DNA from: Eledone cirrhosa
Lineage: Eukaryota
DNA length: 64,000 nt
Direction: 5' to 3'
Assembly (NCBI GenBank): GCA_964016885.1
Contig: OZ024740.1
Location: 157,294,001 to 157,358,000 of the forward strand
How positions within the stretch are numbered: the first letter of the stretch is position 1; each line of letters opens with the position of its first letter. Position numbers and translations under genes: made by a program. The notes beneath the pieces were generated by a model, which saw nothing but the letters and a program-made list of their open reading frames with translations, ran no database searches and was not told where the DNA came from. Below are positions 29,887 through 43,966 of the stretch, in pieces.

Positions 29887-30188
29887 TTCTTTATTAGCCA
29901 CAGGGGCACAAAAGAAGGGGACAAATACAAAGGGGGAAGTTTACATACAATAAAAATGTGTAAAATGTTATCACAGATGGAATTTAAAAGTTAGTCGATT
30001 TTCCCCAATAGAGGGAGACAGTTTATATGGGTAACACATACCCCCGAAAAAAAATGTGCAACCCTCATCTCCAGGAGTACGAAGAGCTTGTACTCCTTTC
30101 CTCTCCTCCTCCTTTTCCTCAACCTACAGGCTGATATAGAGAGAAGGCCCATTCACTCGGGCCATTCTCGCCACTTTCACCCACCTTT

Positions 30189-30189
<1 letters not shown>
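29886..30189 (-). mobile_element. Second, diverged Tx1/L1-like 3' end in the same (GATA)n
   Basis: Similar to 29309-29600; flanked by (GATA)n. Confidence 0.6.
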
Positions 30190-30231
<42 letters not shown>

Positions 30232-30479
30232 TGTAAGGTCATGAGTTTGATTTCTGGACTAGCTAGCGTGCTGTGTTCTTGAGCAAAATGCTTCATTTTA
30301 CGTGGCACCCCTTCTGCTAAGTGTTGCGACTAACAGTCAGTATCAGCATTAAAAAGACCAATGGGAACATAACTACCTTGTCCAATATAACAATTAGTAC
30401 CTCTTTAGATATCTTATATAAATGACACGCCTAATAAAAGTAAGCAACAGTACATCCGTCATCAATTGGTGCAAGGACA

Positions 30480-31250
30480 TATAGATTTTTTTTTTAATGT
30501 CGGATCAATTCATAATTCTTCAATCGGAAAGCGACTCTTAATAAAATAACTGGTCTTCGCAAAAACATTACATCTCTAAAATGTAATTCGACAAAACAGT
30601 ATTCGGCTAAGCAGCAGCATTCTACAATAACAAATCCCAGAATTAAGCGGATTCAACGAAAAATTAGAATACAAAACCGACTCCACAGAAACGAATCAGA
30701 ATCAAAACAAAACCTTCCTTTTGACGAAAACTAATCACCAAACGCTTCTCAGCTGGCCACAGACACTATACGCTTTTCAATAGGAATAACACAAAAGCTA
30801 GCCACAGCTGCGTAAGAAACCAAAAAGGCGCCATTCATGTCGTAAACAGGCACAATCTATTGTCGAAAACAAATGCAACTACAATGGATTACAGCCATGC
30901 TTGTTAAGTAGAATTTGCTTATCAAAGAAGTAATCTACTACGCAACCGTATCGGAAGGGAAGCAACTCGACAAAAAGTACATCGGAACTACAAGTAGGAT
31001 TTAGAACAGTTTATTGGCGTCATATATCAAATGTAAATCCACACACAATGTATATCAAAAACAACTTTAGGGACATCAGATATAGAATAATTTTTAAAGT
31101 ACACAAATTTAACAAAAGATATGAATGATGTAATTAACTTACGAACGCTGGACAACTACTTAACTAACCAATGAATAAACAATAAACAAATAAACAACTA
31201 TCTAAAAAAAACACGACACATCTTAACAAATCAGGATGTGCTTACGCAAT
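30480..31250 (+). pseudogene. Decayed PLE GIY-YIG remnant
   Basis: ~30915-31000 translates as CLIKEVIYYATV..DKKYIGTTSR. Boundaries are approximate. Confidence 0.6.
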
Positions 31251-32009
31251 AGACAATTAAAGCAGAACTTCTAAATTGGCTAATCCGATGAAAGTAGATA
31301 AATAATTTCATTGTGTAAACCAGCAAGCAAGAGTTTGTAAACGATATCCAACTGAGAACCCAAGAAAAGAAGACAGTTCCCGTCTAAAGATTTCAATGGT
31401 GGGAAACCCGAGTGGAGAGCAAAATTTCAGTTTAATTAAACAATATACTCACCAACATGTATTGATTATGCCTTTCCTCTTTCGTTGACAGAGAGTAATA
31501 TATAAGTATATATATATATATGAGTGTGTGTGTTTGTGTGTGTGTGTGTGTTTTTGTGTGCCCGCGAGCATGTGTGTGTTTGTGCGTGCATACATATGCC
31601 GATGAATGCAGAGAAGACGACTGTGTGAAAGCAAATGAAGAATGATTGGTTGTTGAAAGTACGTGTGTGTTGTTACTGTTCAGTCCAAGATCAGCACTAA
31701 TCGAACAAACCTGTGATCAAATGCATTCTAGTTAGATTGAAAGTGGAATAGATTAATTTCCCGAGTGAAATTTTCTCCGCAACGAAGCGCCTTGATCGTA
31801 ACTTTGGACTTTTTCTCGCGGAAAAGCAATTTATTCCACTTTGATGTTGTTTTTTTTTTTTGGGGGGGGGGTTCTTTTGTAGATTTAGTAGCAGCAAATT
31901 AGCCGCGTTGTTAGATTATAAAACAAGATGTCTTGTGATTTTTGTTAAAGCTCTCTCAAATCCCACCGAAGTCAACTTAATTTTTCTTACTTTCGGGGTC
32001 AATGAAAGA

Positions 32010-32200
32010 TAATTGCTTCTACTTTTGGCACAAGGCTAGCAATTACCCAGTGCATTACTGGTACTTTATTTTATCGACCCCGTAAGGATGAAAGGCAAAG
32101 TTAACCTCGGCGGGATTTGAACTCAGATCGTAAAGGCCCGTAACTCCATGCTGCAAAGCATGGCGTCCGACCCTCTACCGATACTGCCAATCCACCGCCC
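32010..32200 (-). mobile_element. SINE
   Basis: Full-length reverse-complement copy. Confidence 0.88.
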
Positions 32201-33034
32201 TCAATGAAATATAATAAACGTCCAGTGTTGTTGATTGGTTGAATTGTTAGAGCATCAGACGAGATTCCTTTTGGTATTTGTTTCGGCACCAAGCGTTCTG
32301 AATTCAAATTCTGCTGAAGCCTATTTAAGTGATAGACATAATCTAGCACGCGATTTAACTACACTCCCTAGTCTTCGCGCGTCTTTTGTGGAGTCTACAC
32401 TCTTGCATAAATACGGTCCATATCTCCGGTTTGAGACTACGTTCTTCACTCCCGCCCGCTAGTCTTGATGCCTATGGAAATGTTTATAGACATTGTTCTC
32501 TTCTTGACTAAACAGTAAAGAAAACTGGTGATGCAGGGCACTAGGTCTTTGCATCCTACAAATTACTGCATCTAGGACTATATAAATCAGTGTTTTTGTG
32601 ATGATTTGCCTGTTATTTTTAGCAGAGCGAGTGACCAGGTTAGAAGCTGTCTTGTTTGCTTAGAGAAAATAGTGCGAAAACTTATATGTGCTAGGAGAGA
32701 AAGACATCTATGCTTGGAAAAGACATAAGTTCAGATCTTAAAATGTTGAATTTTATTATTGCAAAATCAAAGGATCATGACGACATAAACTCATTCTAGT
32801 GTGGAGAAAATTCCGTTAAAAACAAACCCACAATGCTACCTACGGTGATACACAGATACATATATACGTAAATCCAATGTACTTCCAAGGCCTTCAGTCA
32901 TTTAAACCTCACTTATATAGGTATGGCCGACACAGCGGTGACTTACAATGGGATTGAACCCCGAACCTCCTCGTTGGCAAACTAAATTCTTCCTTGCATA
33001 AATTGCTTCCTCAATACATACACATATATACATC

Positions 33035-33910
33035 TTCTTCTTCGCCCACTTACACTTATTACTGAGAGGGTCGTGGGGGAAGAATTCTCAAACACTCCTT
33101 CCAGCGGATCCTGTCAGAAGCAGCCGTCTCCAACTGATCCGACTGGATCCCTAAGCGAGACCAACCAAGTTCATGGATGTTATCCAACCATCTTGCTCGG
33201 AGTTTATCCCTGGATCTCCTGCCGGCTGGTTTTGACAGTAAAATCTGTCCAGCGATTCTTTCTTTGGAGATCCTAATCACATGCCCATAGTATCGAAGCT
33301 GTGATCTCTCAATTCGGAGAAGTAGCGGCTCTGTTGGGGTGACTCTTTGATATACGAGCTACGCATCTATCGAGTAACCTTACTTCAAAGACCCTTCGGA
33401 GGAACTTCAGTTCGGCCATTTTTTTAGCGATCGTATTATTTCGGTCATTATCCAAATTTCATGACCATGGGTAAGGGTTAACACGAATACCGACTTGAAG
33501 TTAGCGAGTTTGGCTTTTACACCTACCTCCCTTCTGATTACTGAATGCTGGAGCAGGCGCATTACTGTACCAACTACTGCAAATGTTGCTCTTAATTCAG
33601 CCTCCCATCTTCCATCACTCGTAAACTTGAACTTCTCCACCTGCTTCAGTGGAACTCCATTCACATTTAGAGTGCACTGTGGGCTTCCTTAAGAGGACAA
33701 ATATCTCAATTTTCATTCCAACTTTGCAATTCAGAATCAAACTTATCAAGTGCAAGTCAGAGATCACCTTCTGTCGAGCTAAGTAAGACCAAGTTGTTTG
33801 CATATTCCAGCCGACTGACCCTACACCAGCCAATCATGATAGCACCTCCAGCCCGGCTGCCCATGTCAATCCTGTTCATGAAAATAATGAACCGGAGAGG
33901 TGACAGTACG
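33035..33910 (-). mobile_element. Decayed RTE-type LINE 3' fragment
   Basis: VNGVPLKQVEKFK, TLTHGHEIW and RYYGHVIR-like segments; (GAA)n tail at ~33035. Confidence 0.7.
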
Positions 33911-33928
33911 CTAAATCGAAACCATTCA

Positions 33929-34051
<123 letters not shown>

Positions 34052-34052
34052 C

Positions 34053-34091
<39 letters not shown>

Positions 34092-34134
34092 TGTGTATGT
34101 GCGTGCGTGTGTGTGTGTGTTTATATGTGTATAG

Positions 34135-34208
<74 letters not shown>

Positions 34209-34346
34209 TCAGGTTATCAATAATGTAGTGATATGATATGATTACGCAAGCAGCGATACATAGGTATTCAGTCTGTTACAGAAACATATGTCAATACCTA
34301 ATAAATTCCTTTTTTAAAAAAAGCACTTTCATTTTATATTCATCCT

Positions 34347-34439
<93 letters not shown>

Positions 34440-34969
34440 TATATTGGAAAATGTGTGAGATCCTTGGTACAGTTAGGTATATTTGAAAAAAAAGAAAAGA
34501 ATGACTTCACTTGTAGTTCTAAGTAATTTGATTTAATTTTATAATATTGAGTTGGTAGATCTAGTAAGTTCTTTGTTAACTTCGGTGGGAAGAATTTTAA
34601 AGATTTCTGGTTAACTTTCTTGGAGAACTTTCTCGCATTTGTCGGTGGCGATTGACAAACTGAGATCAGGTTGTGTTGTGATCTGTGACTCTATAAGAGA
34701 GCTTTGTATCTGTCTGGAGTGTGGGGTGTGGGGTGTGGTGCTAATGAGTGTGGGAGTGAAGGAGTGTTGATGAATATTTAAAGGAATTAAAGCATACACA
34801 CACACGCGCGTACACACACACACACTCATACATACATAATATACACACACAGAAAATGGTGAAGGTTGACAGCAAGATAAGAGTGTTTAAGAAAGTGGTT
34901 GTAAAAATTCATCTTTGATATAGAAATTTGTAGAAGATATTCCTTATAAATTTAAGAGAGTTGTATATA

Positions 34970-35100
34970 TAATTGTTTCTACTTTTGGCACAAGGCCAGC
35001 AATTATTCCAGTGTATTACTGGTACTTTATTTTATCGACCCTGTAAGGATGAAAGGCAAAGTTAACCTCGGCGGGATTTGAACTCAGTCCGTAAAGGGAC
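34970..35100 (-). mobile_element. SINE (5'-truncated)
   Basis: Same family. Confidence 0.85.
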
Positions 35101-35114
35101 AATGATATATATAT

Positions 35115-37090
35115 ATATAATAATGAAATTATTGTGTACAGTGCTCAGGTGCACTACAACTCGTCAAAGGTGCATGTATAGTACATAGAATAATGTACAA
35201 ATGTCAGGGAAGTGAATAGTGTATGAGTCATGATATACATGTGTGTATGTGTATGGAGGGGGAACATTAGGTGTAGTGTTGGCGAATCTCGGGAAGCATG
35301 GAGGCCTTAAAGGATGCAGTGTCTCGACAGCTAACAACTGATGCAGGCAGTTTGTTCCATGCTTCAGCAACTCTGAGCGTGAAAAAATGTTTTCGAAAGT
35401 CATGGGAACTGTGCTGTTTTCTGACTTTGTGGGCATGTCCACGTGTGTTAGACACATGGAAATCAAAAAGGTACTCAGGGTTGTTGTTGGCAAGATGGTT
35501 AACAATTTTGTGGGTGTTTACCAAGCCAGTTGCCAGATGTCGGAGCTTCAATGTATCCATGCCCAGGGAAGCAAGGCGTTCAGAGTATGGTAGATGCCTG
35601 ATGGAGGGTATTCACGTCTCTGAACAGTTTCCAGGCGGTCAATGTTCTGAGCAAGATAGGGGTTCCAGACTGGTGATGCAAATTCTAAGTGTGGCCGCAC
35701 CATAGCCATGTACAGCCTTAAATAGATAGCTGGAGAGCGGCTGACAAAGGTCTTGCTGAGTGATGCTAAGACACCCTCGGTTCTCTTGACAATTTTCGAG
35801 ACGTGCTTCGTCCAACGCAAATCGCTGCTGACCGTAATGCCCAGGTCACGTTCACAAGAAGACTTCTTGATATTAGTGCTGTGGAGGGAGTATGTGGACG
35901 CTGGGTTTTACTCCCAAAATGCATGGTGGTGCACTTGTCAACAGCTAGCTTGAGTTGCCAGTCTGAGATCCATTGTTGCATTGTGTCCAGGTCAGACTGC
36001 AAGCAAGATCTATAGTGTTCAGGATCTGTCCTTTTTATCTCAAGGTACAGCTTGATGTCGTCTGCGTACTTTAGTACCGTGGCATTCTTTAAGTTGGCAT
36101 CTATGTCATTAATATATGCCACAAACAAAAGGGGGCCAAGAACAGACCCTTGTGGTACACCAGATGACATCTCATATGGTGAGGAATGCTGTCCCAGAAC
36201 CGTGACTACCTCTCTTCGACTGAGAATGAAAGACTTAAACCAGTTAAAAAGATCATCCTTCACACCCATTGCTGAGAGTTTTGCCATAAGCATTTTTTGT
36301 GGCATAGAATTGAAAGCTTTCGCAAAGTCAAGGTAAACAACATCCACCCATGAGCCGCCATCAGTGATCCGGGTGATGTCTTCATGAAACTCGATAAGTT
36401 GATCACAGCAGCTGGAGTTGGGGATAAATCCAAATTGCGAGGGCCGGATAAGACTGTGAGAGTTTCAGAAGTTCCAAAGTGTTTCTCTGACACAGGATTT
36501 CATCAGTTTGGCAATGCAACTAGTAATACTGACTGGACGATAGTTCACAGGTGATGTGTGGTCACCCTTTTTGAACAGAGGAATGACACTGGCAGTTTTC
36601 CACTGTTCTGGAGTAGCACCGTTGTTCAGACAGAATTGGAAGAAGCGTGATAGCTGGTGCGGCTTAAGAAGCAGGTACGATTAAGAAGCAGGTACGATTA
36701 AGAAGCAGGTACGTAACACCATCAAGACCAGGAGAGGCATGGTTGCGTTTATTTTTTAGGTGGCGTCGCAGCATTGCAGGTGTAAATTCCATGGTTGTAA
36801 TAGAATCCCGTGTCATAGGTGGTGGAGACGGTACACTCTGGTCTTCAATATGCCTGCATAGCATTCAGCAATGAGCTCTGCGCATTCCTTGGGGTCGTCA
36901 GTAACCTGGCTTGTGTGGGGATTGTGAAGAAGACCAACTGGAGAGTGAGGCCTCTGCTTTGAGTGAACATACTTCCAGAACACCTTACTGTCAGGGCTGG
37001 TTGCTATGCGCTGCTCAAATTGAAGCACTGCCTTTTTTGTCACCTGTTTGAGGTCGTTGAACGATTTATTTCGCCTCTTCCTATTGATGT
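35115..37090 (-). mobile_element. 5'-truncated, frameshifted CR1-clade LINE
   Basis: DVVYLDFAKAF, SGVPQGSVLGPLLF, YADD, VRPHLEFASPVWNP and TRGH..K..RKHFFTLRVAEAWNKLP. Confidence 0.88.
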
Positions 37091-37272
37091 CTGATATATA
37101 GAGTCACACATCACAACACAACCTGATGAATGCGAGAAAGTTCTCCAGGAAAGTTAACCAGGAATCTTTAAAATTCTTCTCACCGAAGTTAACAAAGAAC
37201 TTTCTAGATCTACCAACTCATCATATTATAATTATTTAGAACTACAAGTGAAGTCATTCTTTTCCTTTTTTT

Positions 37273-37311
<39 letters not shown>

Positions 37312-37343
37312 AGATCAAAAGATGGTTAAAGGAGTTCCATATA

Positions 37344-37410
37344 TTTTATTATGCGCATTTCAAAAACAAACATCATCAAGCAATAATATTTGTGTTTTCA
37401 TCAGATAAAA
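37344..37410 (-). ncRNA. Type I HHR with long stem II
   Basis: ttttat CUGAUGA aaacacaaatatta..tgatgtttgttttt GAAAU gcgc AUA ataaaa. Confidence 0.82.
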
Positions 37411-37488
37411 CAGGAGAACATGATATGAAGGCTAAAAAAAACACTTGTTGATAGTGCAGTTTTTAATCAACATATAAAACTCACCTCC

Positions 37489-37528
<40 letters not shown>

Positions 37529-38807
37529 AAAAAAAGGAAAAGAATGACTTCACTTGTAGTTCTAAATAATTTGATTTAGTTTTATATTATAATATGATGA
37601 GTTGGTAGATCTAGTAACTTCTTTGTTAACTTCGGTGGGAAGAATTTTAAAGATTCCCTGTTAACTTTCCTGGAGAACTTTTTCGCATTCATCAGGTTGT
37701 ATATATATATATGTATATATATATATATAGTGAGTGTTAAGGATTAAATGCCGCAACGACATTTTCTGGAATCTGTATGTCAGTTGAATTTAATAATTTT
37801 CAGATCGGCTACATCAGCCAGCGGTTAATATTTTTACGACATCGTTATTGTTATTTTCTCTGTCTTTCTATTTTCTTGTATTATTTCAAAAAGCTTATTT
37901 AAATCGAAATATAATTGATAAAAATGGAATAATAACCCCTTGTTTTATTAAAATCTCATCGTGGTGACTTTCAGAATTCTGTACAATTTCCTTCATATAT
38001 TGCTTCAGCTAAAACATTTAGATCACTTTTAAAACCATATTACATCTAGTCGGAATAACGTGAAGTACAATATATCATTTTTCAAGAATTCAAGTGACTT
38101 TATTTAACAAACATTGAGAAATCTGTTGAAGATGAGAAATTCTAGTTTGTCTGATGTGAACGCTGTCTTTTTGTTGCTGAGCCATAAATAGTGGGAACAC
38201 TTCTTTTTGTGATTCTTCGGTACAGATATTGGGGATGGTGAAACGCAACACTAAATGATTTGCAGGAACCTCTGACTAACATTTCAATTCGAACATTGTC
38301 AGATCTGCCTCAACAGCTAGTGATTATTATATTTGTCTGCTTTATCAGTATTGTTTTCCTCTCTGTCTCTGTTCCATTCTATTATTTGTGAAGGATCTTT
38401 ATATTAAAATATTAGAACAAAATTCTGAAACAATAAAATTCTGTTTTATTAAAATCACGTTGTTACGGCTTTCAAATTATTTTATGACATGTGTATATAT
38501 ATATATAGACAGACTGAACAAAAAATGGCGTAGACATACAACACAACAGGAGGAACAATGAATATAACACCACTGACGATGTTGCAGATGTGCAACGAAA
38601 AATTTATGTAAATTATGTAAACTATATATATGTGTTTGTGTCTATATTGTATCTGTATTATTTTTGACCGTCGGTCAGTCAATGGCAACATTGAGGACCG
38701 AGTAAGTTAGATCGCAGATATAAAAGACAGCGAGAAGCGAAAACCAACCAAACAGTGAGTGTGTTCTGTTATTAATTCTGGCAATATTACGCAAATATGA
38801 CCCTCCC

Positions 38808-38879
<72 letters not shown>

Positions 38880-39124
38880 GATGAATCTACCAAAAATTTA
38901 CGGTAGTGTCCAATCCGTATGAAGAACTCAATGTAATCCGGATATCATGAAAAGAGAAGATGCATTCAAAAACTATTTTCGGTGAAAATTAACGGAAAAC
39001 AGAGTGAAGATAAATTAATAAAGTAATGAATAAACAAAGAAACATTTCCTTATATTAAAATTTTTTTTTTAATATAAGGAAATGTTTCTTTATTTATTCA
39101 TTACTTTATTAATTTATATATATG

Positions 39125-39176
<52 letters not shown>

Positions 39177-39226
39177 CATATACAATTAACAACAAAGAGC
39201 GCTTAGAACATAGGTATATCTTTAAT

Positions 39227-39272
39227 TGCTAACAGTGTTTCGTCCACACTAGAAGTGGGACTCTTCAGAGCA
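39227..39272 (-). ncRNA. Type I HHR (inverted-arm copy of 39862-39907)
   Basis: Reverse complement of 39862-39907, within the inverted repeat 39180-39504/39665-39954. Confidence 0.8.
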
Positions 39273-39708
39273 TAAAGAGTAAATACATAGTATACAAGCA
39301 TTGACAAAGCCAAAACAGAAGAATATATGTGGGGATACCATAAGTTGGGATGAGTTTAAAGAGTAAAGTAAAAGGAGTAAAATAAGAAAAGAGTAAAATA
39401 AAAATAAAAATAAAAATAAAAATAAAAATAAAAATAAAAATAAAAATAAAAATAAAAATAAAAATAAAAATAAAAATAAAAATAAAAATGAAAAATAAGA
39501 AATGCGGGTGCTCATGCTTATGCGTATACTTGTATGTGGCTTAGTGTATACTGTATGTGTTGCATACGGGTGCTTGTATGTAGGTGAATGCGGGTGCTCA
39601 TGCTTATGCGTATACTTGTATGTGGCTGTATGTTAACGGAACCCTGCCCAACTGTGAGTGATAACATTTCTTATTTTTCATTTTTATTTTTATTTTTATT
39701 TTTATTTT

Positions 39709-39742
<34 letters not shown>

Positions 39743-39861
39743 CTTTTCTTATTTTACTCCTTTTACTTTACTCTTTAAACTCCTCCCAACTTATGGTATC
39801 CCCACATACATTCTTCTGTTTTGGCTTTGTCAATGCTTGTATACTATGTATTTACTCTTTA

Positions 39862-39907
39862 TGCTCTGAAGAGTCCCACTTCTAGTGTGGACGAAACACT
39901 GTTAGCA
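39862..39907 (+). ncRNA. Type I HHR
   Basis: tgct CUGAAGA gtcc-cac ttcta gtg-t-ggac GAAAC act GUU agca. Confidence 0.8.
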
Positions 39908-40282
39908 ATTAAAGATATACCTATGTTCTAAGCGCTCTTTGTTGTTAATTGTATTACGGCTCTGTCCTCTGACATTGAGCTAACCATATACTGCCTATTT
40001 GATAAGTGGAGTGTTATACACTCCCAATTCTCTCCCTTATATATATATACATATATATATGTACATATATACAAACAATTTTTTTTTAAATATTTAAATA
40101 CTTTTTATACACACACATATATATATTTTTCATACACACACACATATATATATATATACATACACACATACACATATATACCCACACCCGCACACACATG
40201 TCTACACACACATATGTGTGCACACGCGCGTGTGGATGCATGCATACACACACACGTGGGCACACATATACACATACTCATC

Positions 40283-40314
<32 letters not shown>

Positions 40315-41407
40315 CACACACATATACGCATATGTGCGCGTACTTTTACCAGCACATGCACACACATATACGCAAACCTGGACATATGTACACCCACGCA
40401 TACATGCGTATACACCCCCACCCTCCCAGGTGGACGTACATGCACATACGTACGCTCATATATGTGAATGAACTGTATAAAATTGTAAAAATATAACAGT
40501 GTAAAAAATAAACTTATAAAATATGCAAAAATATATAAAAATATATAAAAAATAAAAAAATAACCATAAACTGTATAAAAAGTATCTGGATGGGGTATGC
40601 AGCGAGTACATGGTGCTGTACATCGAGGTGTTACGTGAGGGATAGGTGCAAGGTAGGGAGAAAGTGCGCATGGGGGTACGGTGTTTAGTGCATGCAGCAT
40701 CTCACATGCCGGTGTATAGGTACGTTCAGACATACTTTGGTGTACATGTTGACAGAGTTGGCATTATGGTGCTAACGTGGATTAATCCACTTATAGAAAT
40801 CTCAAGCAGAACTACATATGTTGAGCTCATGGGAATAATGCAAAGGGTATACACAGAACATACAAAGAATGCATACAGAATATACACAAATACATACATA
40901 TCTAATATATATTTGTGAAATGGGTGGTGGTTGAAATTCAGTTGTGCACGGTTAAATGGTAGTAGACGTGGTCGGAGGGACATGAAAATTTACACACCTA
41001 TGTAAAAAGTGCCAAGGAAGCAAATAGACGAGGTTTCAAATCTCTAATTTGAAAAATGTGGTCCCTGGGGCCCCAACACGGTCTATTTACTATCGCGTTC
41101 AGTGAGTTATTTCCCCCTGTTCTAATACTTGGATGAGTTATTTACAATTTCATACAAATAAAGCAGTAAATAAAGGATTATGAGTTCATGCAATTGACTT
41201 ATGTTTCGTCACTATATATATATATAATATGAAAACGCTTTAATAAAAAAAATAATAATAATAATAATATATATATAATATATATATATACGCTTTAAAT
41301 TTGATGTTGAATTACGTTGGTGGTGCGGAAACGGAGTCAAATATATTATAAAGTAAAATGACAGGAAGCCAAATAGGTTGAATTTCCTTAATTATTTATT
41401 TCTGCAA

Positions 41408-41465
41408 AAACTATGCACATTTCTGTAGCCGGGTAGCGTCAAAACCCAGTGACATCTTCAGGTGT
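41408..41465 (-). ncRNA. Type I HHR, slightly decayed
   Basis: acac CUGAAGA tgt..gggt..accc..aca GAAAU gtgc AUA gttt. The inverted arm at ~41655-41671 retains AUA gtgt, which restores stem I. Confidence 0.65.
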
Positions 41466-41754
41466 AAATTGCATAATAAATGTATACCAACAGAATGGTG
41501 GTAAACACATTCCAAGAGGCTTTAAGAAAAAAATCAATGAAAAAGCAGAGAAGAAAAATTGTGTTTATGTTTTTGACCCAGAGACGATCGAAGCAGAATG
41601 TTGTTATTTTGCCCGTCGTCTCTGAGTCTGTTTTTTCTTACGCAACCCGGCCACTGAAATGAGCATAGTGTTTGCAGAAATAATTCATGAAATTCAACTT
41701 ATTTGGCCTCCTGTCATTATATATATATAACTGTTTGCATAATTGCAAACGAAT

Positions 41755-41878
41755 ATCAGTATCGGTAGAGGGTCGGACGCCATGCTTTGCAGCAAAGAGT
41801 TACGGCCGATAAAATAAAGTACCAGTAATAAAGTGGGGTAATTGCTGGCCTTGTACCAAAAGTAGAAACAATTATTAA
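41755..41878 (+). mobile_element. SINE (internally deleted)
   Basis: Head joined directly to the tail. Confidence 0.8.
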
Positions 41879-42149
41879 TATTCAAAAATCTCAGATTACA
41901 TTTATATATATATATAGATGTGTGTGTGTGTGTGTGTGTGTGTACACATACACAGAGTTAGTTCCACAACAAATTAGCAAACCATACTCGAGCATGTGCG
42001 TCTCACCCAACGAATTCTCTACTCAAGGGAATCTGTGCTGAAAACGTGAGTATGAGCTGACTGGTTTCTGCATATGGACTTCGACAAGGGAGATAACTCA
42101 AGTTAAACTTTTCAAGAGAGACAATTGAGTTAGTTCTTTCGGGTAAAAT

Positions 42150-42800
42150 TTAGCCAGGGTCCTGGTAGATACGTAACATGTATTTAACAGCGTGGGGGCA
42201 GTGATAAAAAAAAATCGGATCTCGTATTGAAACAAGTACTATTACGTAATCTTTGCAAGATATTTATTCATTCATCGATACACAGCTCACATGACAAATT
42301 CACATTTCTGTATGGCCTAGATTTGGTCAGAACTTTCCATCGAATGGAGTAATTGATGTCTGCATGTTTGAGTGAGCATATGCGGCTTGCTAGCTTCGTG
42401 GACGATAGCTTATCCGAGTGTCTAAAGGTCGTCTGATGGTTAAGGAAGTATTCTTTAAACGGGTCCTCCGCAATACCCACATATATTTTGATCTCCTGTT
42501 GTTGGTTTGGTCGAGTAGATGTTACTTCAGCCTCTGTTACATTGTTGTTGAATGGAGCATGATTCTGGCTTTTACAAGAGCATCCGGGTGGGGTGAGCTC
42601 TTGCGGTTAGTGGCGATATGTGCGCTCATATTTTTAGCATAGGAATAATCAAGTTTCACCCTGTGTCTATTGAAGATAGTTTTGTATTTATGTGGGGAAA
42701 TGTTTATGTAGGAATGCTAAGAATTTCCTACTAACATTGGTTCTTTTAATGAGGGAGAAAGGTGGGCAGAACCAAATTATTATTTTTATTTCTACTTCTT
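42150..42800 (-). pseudogene. Decayed PLE GIY-YIG remnant
   Basis: YVGIAEDPFK..NHQTTF..YSIRWKVL..CELCIDE, similar to the 6850-7785 protein. Confidence 0.75.
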
Positions 42801-43630
42801 TTTCTACTGGTTGTGAAGTTAGGAGGGAGTAAGAAATGTTATCAGAGAAGCCGCTGTTGGCTAACGCAGTGTTGTAGTAAACTGCTGCTCTGTCAAAGAT
42901 GGGCTTGTGAGAAGATTAGAAATCCTAGTACTGATATATTTTATATATATATACCGCATATACTCGAGTAATAGTCGATCTCTGTAAACGTCGACCCCCC
43001 TATTTTTGGATAAAAGATTTGGAATTTTCCACTGATCCCGTATTACAGTCGACCCTGGTATTTCAGAGATAACAGGTCAACATTTGGGGGTCAAGATATC
43101 CTGTACATAGAAATAACACTGTTACAAAATCTTCATGAATTTAAGGCAAATTTATATTATTGCAAATACATGTCTAACATTAAAAATGTACCCTAACGTG
43201 TATCTACCTTACTGAAGCCTGCCCTTTGGCTGGAATGCTTCGTGTTTATAGTGAATGCTCGGTATTTATAGTAAAACAGCATATACCGATAGATATATTT
43301 ATTACCCATGGGAATATACAGTTATTATGAGATATAAATTGATTGCATTAAGCTAGTTTGTTAAGTTTGGTGGATACGAGTAAAAGCGTAAGTGTAAGTA
43401 TTTATAAGAGCTACGCTCATATGATTATGGATTTTGTTATTTACTAGGACATATGTTTAGATTCATAGATGGTAATTCATTGTGTTTTTGTTTTTAGAGA
43501 GAGAGGGGGGAACGAGAAAGAGAGATGTTTGTGTGTGCACCGGTGTGTATGAACGGATGTGTGTGAGTGTGTATGTATGTTCGCTTTGTTTTCGACCACT
43601 GCCGCAATTCGATCTCGCTGAAATTATATT

Positions 43631-43719
<89 letters not shown>

Positions 43720-43935
43720 AGGATGAGTATAAAATGAAAGTGCTTTTGTTAAAAAAGGAATTTATTAGGTATTTATACCTAATAAATTCCTTTTTTAACA
43801 AAAGCACTTTCATTTTATACTCATCCTTTCTACATTTCTCCGGAATATAATTTATACTCGTTGAGCAAACCTGCACGTACGCTGTTCATCTCTAACGTAA
43901 CGATATATTATCACTACATTATTGATAACCTGAAA

Positions 43936-43964
<29 letters not shown>

Positions 43965-43966
<2 letters not shown>

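Noticed and set aside
31347-31416. HHR-like remnant downstream of the decayed GIY-YIG fragment
   Set aside because: C3/A8 mismatch and no UH triplet.
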